64,000 bases of DNA from an uncultured Gemmatimonadaceae bacterium. GTDB lineage: Bacteria > Gemmatimonadota > Gemmatimonadetes > Gemmatimonadales > Gemmatimonadaceae. The DNA lies in the NCBI GenBank assembly GCA_963761305.1, contig CAVXGK010000001.1:1504001-1568000 (forward strand). The letters are read 5' to 3'. Positions within the stretch are counted from its first letter, which is position 1; the number at the start of each line of letters is the position of its first letter. A program made the translations under genes and the position numbers. The notes under the pieces were generated by a model. It was not told where the DNA came from, ran no database searches, and saw only the letters and a program-made list of their open reading frames with translations. Shown piece by piece: positions 1-10,257 of this stretch.

Positions 1-1664
1 TCGTCGACACGTCGGTCGTCGTCGACGACTCGACGCGGCTCGCCGACGTGACGGTCACGCTGGCGCCCCACGCTGTGACGACGATCGGCGCGATCACCGT
101 CAAGGGCACGAATCGCGTGAACCCGGTCGTCGTGCTGCACGCGCTCGCGTTCAAGCCGGGCGACCTCTATCGGCAGACGACGCTGCTCGAGAGCGAGCGC
201 AATCTGTACGAATCGAATCTCTTCCGGCTCGCGCAGATCCAGGTGCCGAAGCAGCCGGACAGCGTGAAGAAGGTCACCGTCGACGTGACTGAGGCGCCGC
301 TGCACGAGGTGCGCGCCGGACCGGGTCTCGACAACGTGGACTTCGCGCAGTTCACGGCGAATTACACGAGCTACAACCTGTTCGGCGGCGCGCGCCGGCT
401 CGACATCAACACGACGGCCGGCAACCTGTTCGCGCCGACGCTCTCCGGGCACGGGATCTTCCGCGACGTCGCCGCGTTCGTGCCGGACAGCAGCGCCGTC
501 TCGCCGTTTCTCCAGCCGACGTTCAACGCGAGCATCGATCTCAAACAACCCTCGTTTCTCCAGCGGTCGAGCAACACGGCGGCAGTCGGCGTGTTCACGC
601 ACCGCTCGATCAATCCGGGCGTGTTCATCGACCGCGGGTACGGCAGTGAGGCGACGCTCACCAACGAAGTCGCCATCCGCGCACCGGTGAGCCTGAACTA
701 CCGCTACGAGATCAACCGGATCGAAGCGAGCGACGTGTACTTCTGCGTGAACTTCGGCGTCTGCGATCCGCTCACCATCAGCACGCTGCGGTCGCACCAG
801 TCGCTGTCGCCGATCGCGCTCTCGGCGCAGGTCGACCGCTCGAACGTTCCGCTCTCGCCAACGCGCGGGTACGTGGCGCGGATCGACTTCGAGCACGCGT
901 CGGAGTACACCGGGTCCGACTATCGGTACAACCGCGCGTTTCTCGACGCGGCGCTGTACTCCGGCCGCCGCCGCACGCGGCACGTGCTCTCGGCGCACTT
1001 GCGCGCCGGATGGGCCAAGGCGCTCGAGTCGGGAGACGTGGGCGGCGTGCTGCACCCTCGCAAGCGCTTCTACGCCGGCGGTGCCAGCTCGGTGCGCGGC
1101 TACGGCGAGAACGAGCTCGGTCCGCGCATCCTCACGATCGACGCGTCGACGCTCGTCGCGAACGCGGCCAGCATCGGCGGCGGCACGTGCGGGCGCACCA
1201 TCCAAACGATCGTCTTCTGCGATCCGAACAACGCCAAGCTGTCGCGGGCCGACTTCATTCCGCAGCCGCTCGGCGGCGTCACGCTGCTCGAGGGAAGCGT
1301 CGAGTATCGCTTTCCTGTGCCGGGCGGCCAGTGGGCGAACGATATCACGGGCGCGCTCTTTCTCGACGCGGCGACCGTTGGCCACGCCGACATCGGCGGC
1401 ATCCCGTCGATCGGCAATCGGGTGAATGGGACGGGGGCCGTGACGCCGGGCTTCGGCTTTCGCTACCAATCGCCGGTCGGTCCGATACGGCTCGACCTCG
1501 GCCTCAATCCCAACCGCGCGGAAGATCTCGCGGTCGTGACCGCGGTGCCCGACGCCACGGGACAGATGCGCATCGTGCCGCTGCCCAGGACGCGCAATTT
1601 CTCGCAGGCGTCGAATTTCCTGGGACGGTTCGTCTTTCACCTCTCGATCGGCGAGGCGTATTGA
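1..1664 (+). CDS. tamA: BamA/TamA (Omp85) family outer-membrane protein, 5'-truncated by the window
   Basis: Frame is open from the window edge. POTRA-like segment, then a barrel with FYAGGASSVRGY and GFGFRYQSPVGPIRLD, ending FHLSIGEAY. Stop overlaps the ATG of a tamB-like gene. Confidence 0.9.
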   Translation, partial: VDTSVVVDDSTRLADVTVTLAPHAVTTIGAITVKGTNRVNPVVVLHALAFKPGDLYRQTTLLESERNLYESNLFRLAQIQVPKQPDSVKKVTVDVTEAPLHEVRAGPGLDNVDFAQFTANYTSYNLFGGARRLDINTTAGNLFAPTLSGHGIFRDVAAFVPDSSAVSPFLQPTFNASIDLKQPSFLQRSSNTAAVGVFTHRSINPGVFIDRGYGSEATLTNEVAIRAPVSLNYRYEINRIEASDVYFCVNFGVCDPLTISTLRSHQSLSPIALSAQVDRSNVPLSPTRGYVARIDFEHASEYTGSDYRYNRAFLDAALYSGRRRTRHVLSAHLRAGWAKALESGDVGGVLHPRKRFYAGGASSVRGYGENELGPRILTIDASTLVANAASIGGGTCGRTIQTIVFCDPNNAKLSRADFIPQPLGGVTLLEGSVEYRFPVPGGQWANDITGALFLDAATVGHADIGGIPSIGNRVNGTGAVTPGFGFRYQSPVGPIRLDLGLNPNRAEDLAVVTAVPDATGQMRIVPLPRTRNFSQASNFLGRFVFHLSIGEAY

Positions 1665-4600
1665 TGGGCCGCCTCGCGAAATGGCTGACCGTTCTCGTCG
1701 CGTTCGTCGTGGCGGTGATCGTCGTCGACGTCGGCGTGCTCTGGGTCCTCACGAAAACGGACTGGGGTCACGAGCGGGTCCGCAGCGTCGCGGTCAGCGG
1801 TCTCGAAAAAGTGGTGCACGGCCGCGCGTCTATCGCCAAAGTGTCTGGCGGAATGCTGAGCAACATCACGCTGCAGAACGTGGTGATCACCGACAGCGCG
1901 GGCGCGCCGTTCGTCTCCGTCGACTCGATCACCACGAGCTACTCGATCTCCGATCTCTTCCACAAACGCATCCTGCTCGAGCACGCGGTGTTCGTGCGTC
2001 CGTACGTCGTGCTCGACAGGGCGCCGAACGGCGTGTGGAATTGGCAGCGCGTCCTTCCCTGGCTGGTCGACACGTCGAAGGTGAAGCCGCCGCCGTCCAC
2101 GGAAGCGCAGTGGGGCAACTGGATTCGCATGACCGACGGGCGGATCGTGAACGGCCGCCTCCTCATGCTCGGGCCCTGGGCGCCGGCGCCGAACCTGAGC
2201 CGCGCCGCCGCCGACAGCGCCACGCGCGACGCGTTGAGCGGCAATTCCCGAGTGTTCGTCGAGCGCGGCCCAACCGGTTTGCGCCGGCGAATCGCGATCG
2301 ACTCGATCACGGGAAAGATTCCGCTGCTTCGCCTCAGCCAGCCCGGGCAGCCGTCGAGCGTGGTCGAAGTGGCGTCGCTGGCGATGAACGCCTATTTCCT
2401 CCGTCCGCCCGCGGGAAGATTCCGCGACTTGCGCGGCACGTTCGCCTTCAGCGGCGACTCGATCTGGTGGGCGAGCGCGACGACGAGCTTTCCGCGAGGC
2501 ACGAAAGCGTCCGGCAGCGGCAGCTTCGTGTTCGGCTCCGGCAACATGACGCTCACGCTGCACGGCGACCCCGTCGTCTTCGACGACGTGCGATGGGCGT
2601 ACATGGCGCTGCCGCCCGACGCGCGCGGAAAACTCGACTTCGGGCTGCGGTGGCGGGGGCTGACGCAGGACTACGCGGTATCGGGCGCCGACGTCACGCT
2701 CCGTCAAGCTCGGGCGTTGGGTTCGTTCGGCATCACGTTCGACGATTCCGTCACGATACACGACACCGACCTCCGCTTCTCCGGCGTCGACACGCACGTG
2801 TTGTCGGACATCATCCCCGGCCTCAAGCTGCCGCGGACCGGCGTGTTCGCCGGGCGCGCGACAGTCCGCGGCGGCCGGCGCTCGATGAACGTGAAAGGCA
2901 ACATCTCGTTCGACGACCGCAGCGCCGGCATGAGCCGCTTCGTCGCCGAGGGACAGATCGGGGTTCTCGACCGCAACGTGGTCCGGGTGCGCGGCCTCCG
3001 CGTACAGATGCTGCCGCTGCAGGTCGCGATGCTTCGCACGTGGCGTCACGAGCCTGCCGATCGGTGGCACGGTCACGGGCACGACGACCATCAACGGCAC
3101 GACCGCCACGCAGTTCGCGCTGACGATGGACATCACGCACCGCGACGCGGCCGAGACGTCGGAGATCGCCGGCTCGGCGACGCTGCACGCGACCGGCCCG
3201 ACGCAGGTCGACGCCGACGTCGTCGCGTTTCCGATCTCGCTCGTGGAGGTCGGCCGTTTTTTTCCGTCGGCGGGTCTGCGTGGAACGGCCACCGGACCGA
3301 TTCACGCGCATGGCTTCTTGAACAATCTCAAAATCGACACTGACCTGCGGGTTCCGGACAGCGGCCGCGTCGTGGCGAAGGGAACGTTCGACGTAGCCGA
3401 CACGGCAAAGGGCTACGACGTCACGGCGACGCTCTCACGGCTGGACCTGCACTCGATCGTCACCAAGGCGCCGGTCACCTCGTTGACGGCCAAGCTGGCC
3501 GCTGTCGGCCGCGGAACGGATCCGGCCACGCTCTCGTCGAAAGTCGCCGCCGACTTCTCGACGTCGCACGTGATCGAGGGCGTGGACTCGATCTCGCTCG
3601 ACACGCTCTCCATTCGCGCGACCGCGGCGGACGGTGACGTACACGTCCAGAAGTTGTTCGCCGGCGGTGCGCAGACGCGGGCCACGGTCGCCGGCTCGTT
3701 CGGTCTCGTCGCCAAACACGTCGACTCGCTCACCTACGCGATCGTCGTCGATTCACTCGGCGCGTTGAATCGTTGGCTGCCGAAGTCCACCGACTCGACC
3801 GCCGTGAAGGCGCGGCCCGCGGTCGTCAGGCGGATCATGGCCAACGCGCGAGCCGACTCGGCGCGGACGGCAAAGCGCACCGAGATGGAGCGCTTGGTCC
3901 ACCGGCAGCCGGCGCCCAAACTGGTCGTGATCACACCGCAGCCGGTGCCGCGCGATACGATGTCGGGCCGGCTCTTTCTCGTCGGCACGCTGAGCGGCAA
4001 CATCGACCAGTTCGACCTGCGCGGCCGAGCCGAAGGCGACAGCATCATCGCGCGCGGCAACACGGTGCAACGCGTCGTGAGCTCGTACGCCTGGCGCGGC
4101 GGGCGGGCGACGCCGTCGGTGTTCGCGTTCGCGGCCGACGCCGACCGCGTGAGCGCGCTCGGATTCGCATTCGACACGGCCACGGCTCGACTCACGTACG
4201 CGGCCCCGGGACCCGAGGACGACGGCGGCCGCGGACACGTCGAACTGTCGGTCATCCAGCGCGACACCGCCGACCGCCGCGTGTACGAGGCGAAGGGCGA
4301 CTATTCGCTGCACCCCGACCGACGCGTGCTGCGCATCGCCGAGCTGTCACTGCAGTTCGATTCGGCGCTGTGGGCAATGCCGCACGCCGACACGGTGACG
4401 TGGGGCAAAGCCGGCGTGCAGTTCGCCAACTTCGAGCTGCGCAATCGCAGCGGTCGCGGGGCCGGCGGTCGCATTCGCGTGCGAGGCGAAATCACGGCGC
4501 GAGGATCGGACGGCGAGCTGGCGATCGACGTCGACAGCTTGCCGGTGACCGACGTCGTGAACCTGTTGCAGTCCGACGTGGTCGCCACCGGCGAGTTCTC

Positions 4601-6299
4601 GCTCCACGGCACGGTCCGCGGAACCATGAGCAGCCCGACGTTCTCCAGTCGGTTCGAGCTGACCGACGCCGAGTTCAACGCGGCACCGTTTCCGGGTGTG
4701 CGAGGGCGGGCCACGTACGCCGACCAGCGGCTCGTCGCGCACGCGGACGCGTTCCACGGCACCGGCGAACCGTTGATGACGCTCGACGCTCGGCTCCCGC
4801 TCAACCTGGCGTTCACCGACGTGAAGGGCGATCGCATGTTGAACGAGCCGATGTCGATCGACGTCGTCGGAGACAGCCTGCCGATCGATCTCATCCCGGA
4901 CGTGACGAGCCTCGTGAGCGACGTGCACGGCCGAGCGGCCGGCAAGCTCGCTGTTCGCGGCACCATCGAGCATCCGACGTTGAGCGGATTGGTCACGGTG
5001 GACCACGCCACGACGACCATCGTCTACACCGGCGCGACGGTCGAGAACATCACGGGATCGATTCGCATGGCCGGCGACAGCGTCTACATCGACTCGCTCA
5101 TCGGCAACGCGGTCGGGCCTGTGCGGCTTCAGGGATCGCTCGGCTTCGCCAAGTGGAGCGAGCCGTCGTTCGACCTGGCGCTGAAGTCCGACGCAGCGCG
5201 CCTGGTCAACAACGACGTCGGCGACCTGCGCGTGGACACCGACCTCACGCTCAAGGGTCCGTTCAAGGGCGCGACCGTCGGCGGCGACATCACGCTCGCG
5301 CGCGGCGTGGTGCGCGCCCCGGAGGGGAGTCAGCAAACGCTGGTCGGTCCGGGCGACCCGGGTCTGTTCAATGTGATCGACACGACGAGCGAGCTGGCGC
5401 GCCGCCTTTTTCCTCCGCAATCGCCCTTGCTGGAGCATCTCAAGATCAACGTCGCCGCGCGGGTCAATCCCAACACGTGGGTGCGCAATCGCGCCGCGAA
5501 CATCGAGATCTACACCGTAGAGCCGGTGTACATCACCGATTCGAGCCAGACGCTGATGGTCCGCGGCGTGATCTACACCGACCGCGGCGATTACACGCTG
5601 CTCACCAAGCGATTTCAGATCAGCCGCGGTTCGGCGACGTTCGTCGACGGTCCGGACCTGAATCCGACGCTGCAGATCACGGGCGAGTACCAGGTGAACG
5701 TGGCGACGCGCGGCACGGTGAACATTCAGGTTCAGGTCGGCGGCACGCTCAAGAACCCCAACGTGTCGCTGGAGAGCGACGCTCAGCCGCCGCGATCGCA
5801 GTCGGATTTGTTGACGCTGATCGCGTTCGGCCAGTCGACGTCGTCACTCATCGCGACGAGCGGTTCGAGCGTCGTCGCGACGGGCGCGTCGGACGTCGTC
5901 GGGTCGGGGACGCAGTTCGTGACGTGGCGCCTGGCGACCATCGCGACCGGCGTGCTCGCGGAGCAAGCGGAGTTTCAGGCGGCGCGTTCGCTCAACGCCG
6001 ACGTGTTCAGAATCACGCCGGCAGACACGCCCATCGAGGCCGGAGCCGGCGGCTTGTATGGGTTCCTCACGCAAACAAAGATCGAAGCGGGCAAGTACAT
6101 CACCCCGCGGACGTTCGTGGCGCTTCAGGAGCAGGCGCGAAACATCGGCGCCTCGATCGAACGTCGCACGCTGGACGGATGGCGGATCACGGCGACGTTC
6201 GAGCCGCAGGTCGTCTTGCTCGAGCCGCAGTTGAATTCGCAGCCCATTCGCGGGATTCGGTCGATCGGCGGATTCGTGATTCGGGATTGGCGGTTCTGA
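1664..6299 (+). pseudogene. tamB: TamB/AsmA-like translocation and assembly module protein, split by a +1 frameshift near 3044 (real lesion or sequencing error)
   Basis: ATG at 1664 (TGATG overlap) begins MGRLAKWLTV with an N-terminal TM anchor. Sensible protein runs to ...MLRTW (3043) and continues in the next frame as VTSLPIGGTVTG into ORF 3126..6299, which has a DUF490-like C-terminus. Confidence 0.8.
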
Positions 6300-6304
6300 G
6301 CGGG

Positions 6305-6499
6305 CCGGTGGACCGGTGGACCGGTGGACCGGTGGACCGGTGGACCGGTGGACCGGTGGACCGGTGGACCGGTGGACCGGTGGACCGGTGGACCGGTGGA
6401 CCGGTGGACCGGTGGACCGGTGGACCGGTGGACCGGTGGACCGGTGGACCGGTGGACCGGTGGACCGGTGGACCGGTGGACCGGTGGACCGGTGGACCG
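6305..6499 (+). repeat. Perfect tandem repeat (CCGGTGGA)x24; left arm of four-helix-bundle cassette 1
   Basis: Read directly: 24 units at 6305-6496 plus CCG, starting 5 nt after the tamB stop. Confidence 0.98.
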
Positions 6500-6520
6500 C
6501 ACTGCGAGGATGCGACAAAA

Positions 6521-6565
6521 CGGTACGCCTGGAAAGGATATGGTGGTGGAATTTCTGCGTGACCG
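6521..6565 (+). promoter_or_regulatory. Leader hairpin with ATGGTGGTG in the loop (cassette 1)
   Basis: CGGT/ACCG, ACGC/GCGT and GGAAA/TTTCT pair around loop 6536-6551. The motif is at 6540-6548. Confidence 0.45.
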
Positions 6566-6580
6566 CGCAACCGTTCCGCC

Positions 6581-6949
6581 ATGCGAAATCCTGCGGATCT
6601 TCGAGTTATTGCGGAGGCGCGAGAGGTGGCGATCGCCACCTACTCGGCGACGGCGCGATTCCCCAACGCCGAGCGATTTGGGTTGACGTCGCAAATGCGG
6701 CGGGCGGCGGTCTCGATCGGGTCCAACGTCGTCGAGGGCTGCCACCGCGCAGGCAACCGTGCGTTTGTGGTGTTTCTCTACAACGCGCTCGGTTCTGCCG
6801 CCGAGCTTCAGTTTCAGATTGAGCTAGCGCTAGAGCTCAGCTTTGGCGACCGCGGTGGGCTCGAGTCGCTGCATGGCCGCGCGCCACGGATTGTAAGAAG
6901 ATGCTTTCTCGACTCATCGCGAGCCTTCGCCGCCGCGACGAATAGCTAG
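6581..6949 (+). CDS. Four helix bundle protein (TIGR02436 / 23S rRNA IVS protein / Avd-like), probable 3' frameshift
   Basis: Signature FPxxERFGLTSQMRRAAVSIGSNVVEGCHR...FLYNALGSAAEL. A family-like last helix (CKKMLSRLIASLRR, stop 6943-6945) lies in another frame after ~6882. Confidence 0.9.
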   Translation: MRNPADLRVIAEAREVAIATYSATARFPNAERFGLTSQMRRAAVSIGSNVVEGCHRAGNRAFVVFLYNALGSAAELQFQIELALELSFGDRGGLESLHGRAPRIVRRCFLDSSRAFAAATNS

Positions 6950-6960
6950 ATCCCTTCGCC

Positions 6961-6991
6961 GTCCACCGGTCTACCGGTCCACCGGTCCACC
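6961..6991 (-). repeat. Inverted copy (~4 units, one with a substitution) of the CCGGTGGA repeat; right arm of cassette 1
   Basis: GTCCACCGGTCTACCGGTCCACCGGTCCACC is the reverse complement of the upstream array. It ends 1 nt before the dipeptidase stop. Confidence 0.95.
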
Positions 6992-6992
6992 T

Positions 6993-8363
6993 CTACTTCG
7001 CCAGTTCCTCCCAGAGTGCCGCCATCGCCCGCATGCCCTTGTAGAAGTTGTCCTCGCTCATCCACTCGTTCGGCGCGTGGGCGTTCTCACCGGGCAAACC
7101 GAATCCGACGAGCAGAACAGGGGCATTGAGGATTCGTTGAAAATCGCCGACGACCGGAATCGAGCCGCCTTCGCCGGTGATCACGGGCTCACGGTCGAAT
7201 GCGGTGGCGAGGGCGCGGCGAGCGGCGTCGAACAGCGGGCCGGCCAGGTCGGCGCGCCACGGGTTGCCGCCGTGCAGCGGACGCACCGTCGCTTCGACGC
7301 CCGGCGGACACACCTTCTGAACGTGGGCGCGCATGACTTGCTCGATCTTCTCCGGGCGCTGGTCCGGCACGAGGCGGCAGCTCACCTTCGCCATGGCCAC
7401 GGAGGGGAGGACGGTCTTGGCGCCTTCGCCGGTGTAGCCGCTGAGCAAGCCGTTCACTTCGCACGTCGGACGCATCCACAGGCGCTCGAGCGTCGTGTAC
7501 CCTTTCTCGCCAAACAGCTCGGGCGACCCGGTCTCGACGCGGAATGCCTTTTCGTCGAATGGCAGCTGTTTCATCTGGCGGCGCGCGACGTCGCCCCAGT
7601 CGCGCACGTCGTCGTAGAACCCGTCGATCGTGATATGCCCGTCGGCGTCGTGCATCGTGGCGAGGATTCGACCCAGCGCCATCGCGGGGTTCATCACCGC
7701 GCCGCCGTAGCTGCCCGAGTGGAGATCGGTCTCGGGGCCGCGCACGTCGATCTGGAAATAGGCGAGGCCGCGCAGCGACGAGAGAATCGACGGCAAGCCG
7801 GGCGCGAACATCGCCGAATCGGAAATGACCACCGCGTCGCACGCGAGCTCCTTGGCGTGCGCTTCGATGAACTCGGCGAGGTGTTCGCTGCCGACTTCTT
7901 CTTCGCCCTCGGCGAGTACGATGATGTTGACCGGCAGCGTGCCGCGCGTCGCGAGATGCGCCTCGAGCGCCTTCACGTGCAGGAACAGTTGCCCTTTGTC
8001 GTCGACCGAACCGCGCGCGAAGATCTTGCGGTCGCGCACCGTCGGCTCGAACGGCGGGCTGCTCCACAGCTCGAGCGGCTCGACGGGCTGCACATCGTAG
8101 TGGCCGTAGATCAGCACCGTCTGCGCACCGGGCGCGTTGCGCCATTCGCCGACGACGATCGGGTGGCCCTTGGTGCCGTGCACCTTCACGGTGAGTCCGA
8201 TCGAGCGCATCGAGTTGGCGACCCACTCGGCGGCGCGCGCCGTGTCCGCGTTGTGCTCTGAGCGCGCGCTCACGCTCGGAATGCGCAGCAGGTCGAACAG
8301 CTCGTCGCGCGCGCGCGACTGGTTCTTGTCGAAGAAGGTCGTGAGGTCGTTGGACAGTGGCAT
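6993..8363 (-). CDS. M20/M25/M40 family dipeptidase (ArgE/DapE-like)
   Basis: YGHYDVQP, ARGSVDDKGQ, EGEEEVGS, DLHSG and NAHAPNE motifs. Confidence 0.95.
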   Translation of the reverse strand: MPLSNDLTTFFDKNQSRARDELFDLLRIPSVSARSEHNADTARAAEWVANSMRSIGLTVKVHGTKGHPIVVGEWRNAPGAQTVLIYGHYDVQPVEPLELWSSPPFEPTVRDRKIFARGSVDDKGQLFLHVKALEAHLATRGTLPVNIIVLAEGEEEVGSEHLAEFIEAHAKELACDAVVISDSAMFAPGLPSILSSLRGLAYFQIDVRGPETDLHSGSYGGAVMNPAMALGRILATMHDADGHITIDGFYDDVRDWGDVARRQMKQLPFDEKAFRVETGSPELFGEKGYTTLERLWMRPTCEVNGLLSGYTGEGAKTVLPSVAMAKVSCRLVPDQRPEKIEQVMRAHVQKVCPPGVEATVRPLHGGNPWRADLAGPLFDAARRALATAFDREPVITGEGGSIPVVGDFQRILNAPVLLVGFGLPGENAHAPNEWMSEDNFYKGMRAMAALWEELAK

Positions 8364-8575
8364 TACCCGTGACCCGTTGGAATTCCGTTTTTTTGAGAAC
8401 GAATGCCCGAATGGGGAGAATGCTACACGCCGCCAGGCTTCGTCGCATGTCCGGGCGCCAACCAGCGGAGCCTGTCGGTGAGTCGGGCATCGCGCGCGCC
8501 ACGAGCTCGGTTGTCCGGCTTCGGGGCAGGACTTCGTAATTACGTCACGCGAATTCCTCCATCCGACAGGTACCC

Positions 8576-9946
8576 ATGTCCGCTTCTCCAGTCGCTTCCT
8601 CCAGCCTGTTCTCCGATCTCGCCGCGGATTTCGACGGCGAGCTGATTCTGCCCGGTGCTGCCGAGTACGACGCCACGCGAGCGGTGTGGAACGGGATGAT
8701 CGACCGCCGACCGGCGTGCATCGCCATCTGCAAGAATGTGCCGAACGTCCGACGCGCCGTTCAGTTCGCGCGCGCCAACGACATCACGCTCGGCGTGCGT
8801 GGCGGCGGACACAACGCGGCCGGCCTCTCGAGCGTGGACGATGGTCTGGTGATCGATCTGCGCGGCATGCGCGACGTCGTCGTCGACCCGGCGCGTAGGA
8901 TCGCGCGCGCCGGCGGCGGCGCGACATGGGCCGACTTCGACAAAGCGACCGCCGCACACGGACTCGCGACGACCGGCGGCGTCATCTCGTCGACCGGGAT
9001 CGCCGGGCTTTCACTCGGCGGCGGCCTGGGATGGCTGATGCGGAGCCACGGACTGGCCTGCGACAACATCGTCAGCGCGGAAGTCGTCACGGCCGACGGT
9101 CAGGTCGTGCGCGCCAGCGCGGACGAGAATCCTGATCTCTTCTGGGCGCTGCGGGGCGGCGGCGGGAACTTCGGCGTCGTCACGAGGTTCGAGTTCCAGT
9201 TGCACGAGGTCTCCACGGTGCTCGGCGGCATGCTCATCTATCCGATCTCCCGCGCGCGCGACGTGCTGCGGTTGTATCGCGACGTGACGCGCACCGCGCC
9301 CGACGCGCTCACCGTGTTCGCGGCGATGATGCACACGCCCGACGGCGTGCCGGTCATCGCGCTGGCGATGTGCTACAACGGTCCGGTGAACGACGGCGAG
9401 AGGGCGATCGCGGCGATTCGCGCCTTCGGTTCGCCGATCGCGGGCGAGGTGGGGCCGATTCCCTACACCGCGCTGCAGACGATGCTCGACGCCGGCTTCC
9501 CGTCGGGACTTCAGGTGCACTGGCGCTCGGAGTTCGCCGCGGCGCTTCCCGACGAGTTGATCGACACGCTCGTGACGGCATTCAAGGGCGTGCGGTCGCC
9601 GCTCAGCGCACTTCTCATCGAGCAATTCGGCGGCGCCGTGCGTCGCGTCGCGCCCGACGCGACGGCGTACGACCAGCGCGACGCGGACTACAACCTCGTG
9701 CTCGTCTCACGCTGGGCGACGCCGGCCGAGGCCGAGCCGAACGTGAAGTGGGCGCGCCAGACGTCGGATGCGGTGAAGTCATTCGGCAACGGACGGGTGT
9801 ACGTGAACTACATCGGCGCGGGTGAAGGCCCGGACCGAGTCCGCGCGTCGTTCGGCCCGGCCAAGTTCACGCGCCTCGCCGCGATCAAGCGGCGGTGGGA
9901 TCCGACGAACGTGTTCCGGATGAATCAGAACATCCTGCCTGGCTGA
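8576..9946 (+). CDS. FAD-binding oxidoreductase (VAO/berberine bridge enzyme family)
   Basis: VRGGGHN, LSLGGGLGWL, ALRGGGGNFGVVT, and C-terminal YVNY...KRRWDPTNVF. Confidence 0.95.
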   Translation: MSASPVASSSLFSDLAADFDGELILPGAAEYDATRAVWNGMIDRRPACIAICKNVPNVRRAVQFARANDITLGVRGGGHNAAGLSSVDDGLVIDLRGMRDVVVDPARRIARAGGGATWADFDKATAAHGLATTGGVISSTGIAGLSLGGGLGWLMRSHGLACDNIVSAEVVTADGQVVRASADENPDLFWALRGGGGNFGVVTRFEFQLHEVSTVLGGMLIYPISRARDVLRLYRDVTRTAPDALTVFAAMMHTPDGVPVIALAMCYNGPVNDGERAIAAIRAFGSPIAGEVGPIPYTALQTMLDAGFPSGLQVHWRSEFAAALPDELIDTLVTAFKGVRSPLSALLIEQFGGAVRRVAPDATAYDQRDADYNLVLVSRWATPAEAEPNVKWARQTSDAVKSFGNGRVYVNYIGAGEGPDRVRASFGPAKFTRLAAIKRRWDPTNVFRMNQNILPG

Positions 9947-10064
9947 TCGCGCCCGAACGGCTTCAATCGATAGTCGATCGCTAGATAGTCGATCGCTTCC
10001 AGCTCGAAGGCGGCGGCGGCGAGCTTGTCGTGCGCCGTCGTCAACACGACGGCCGGGCTGCAGC
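9944..10064 (-). pseudogene. Relic of a LytTR-type response regulator receiver domain
   Basis: Translates as PAVVLTTAHDKLAAAAFELEAIDYLAIDYRLKPFGRD, matching the TTAxD...AFE..A.DYLLKP pattern. It has an internal duplication and lacks both flanking parts. Confidence 0.7.
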
Positions 10065-10257
10065 TGATGCGGTGGTGAGCGCCGCCGTCTGGCGGCTGAG
10101 CGCGAACGTCACGTCGCCGGCGGTCCACCGGAACAATGACGTTGACCGCGCGGGGCTGCGGGAGGGAGCGGGTCAAAACCAGCCGTTTGGACCTCGCGCC
10201 TCCGCTGACAACGCTCTATCATCCGCTACGGCGCAACTGACGAAGGGGGGGCCGGAC

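Noticed and set aside
6305..6499. CRISPR array or repeat-protein ORFs ((DRWTGGPV)n / (HRSTGPPV)n)
   Set aside because: There are no spacers and no cas genes. The peptides appear in all frames only because the 8-bp unit contains no stop codon.
3773..6562. 929-aa alternative-frame ORF
   Set aside because: Arg/Gly/Ala-rich shadow of tamB caused by high GC; no domain motifs.
6581..6949. 23S rRNA intervening sequence
   Set aside because: The flanks are protein-coding genes, and no rRNA sequence is present.
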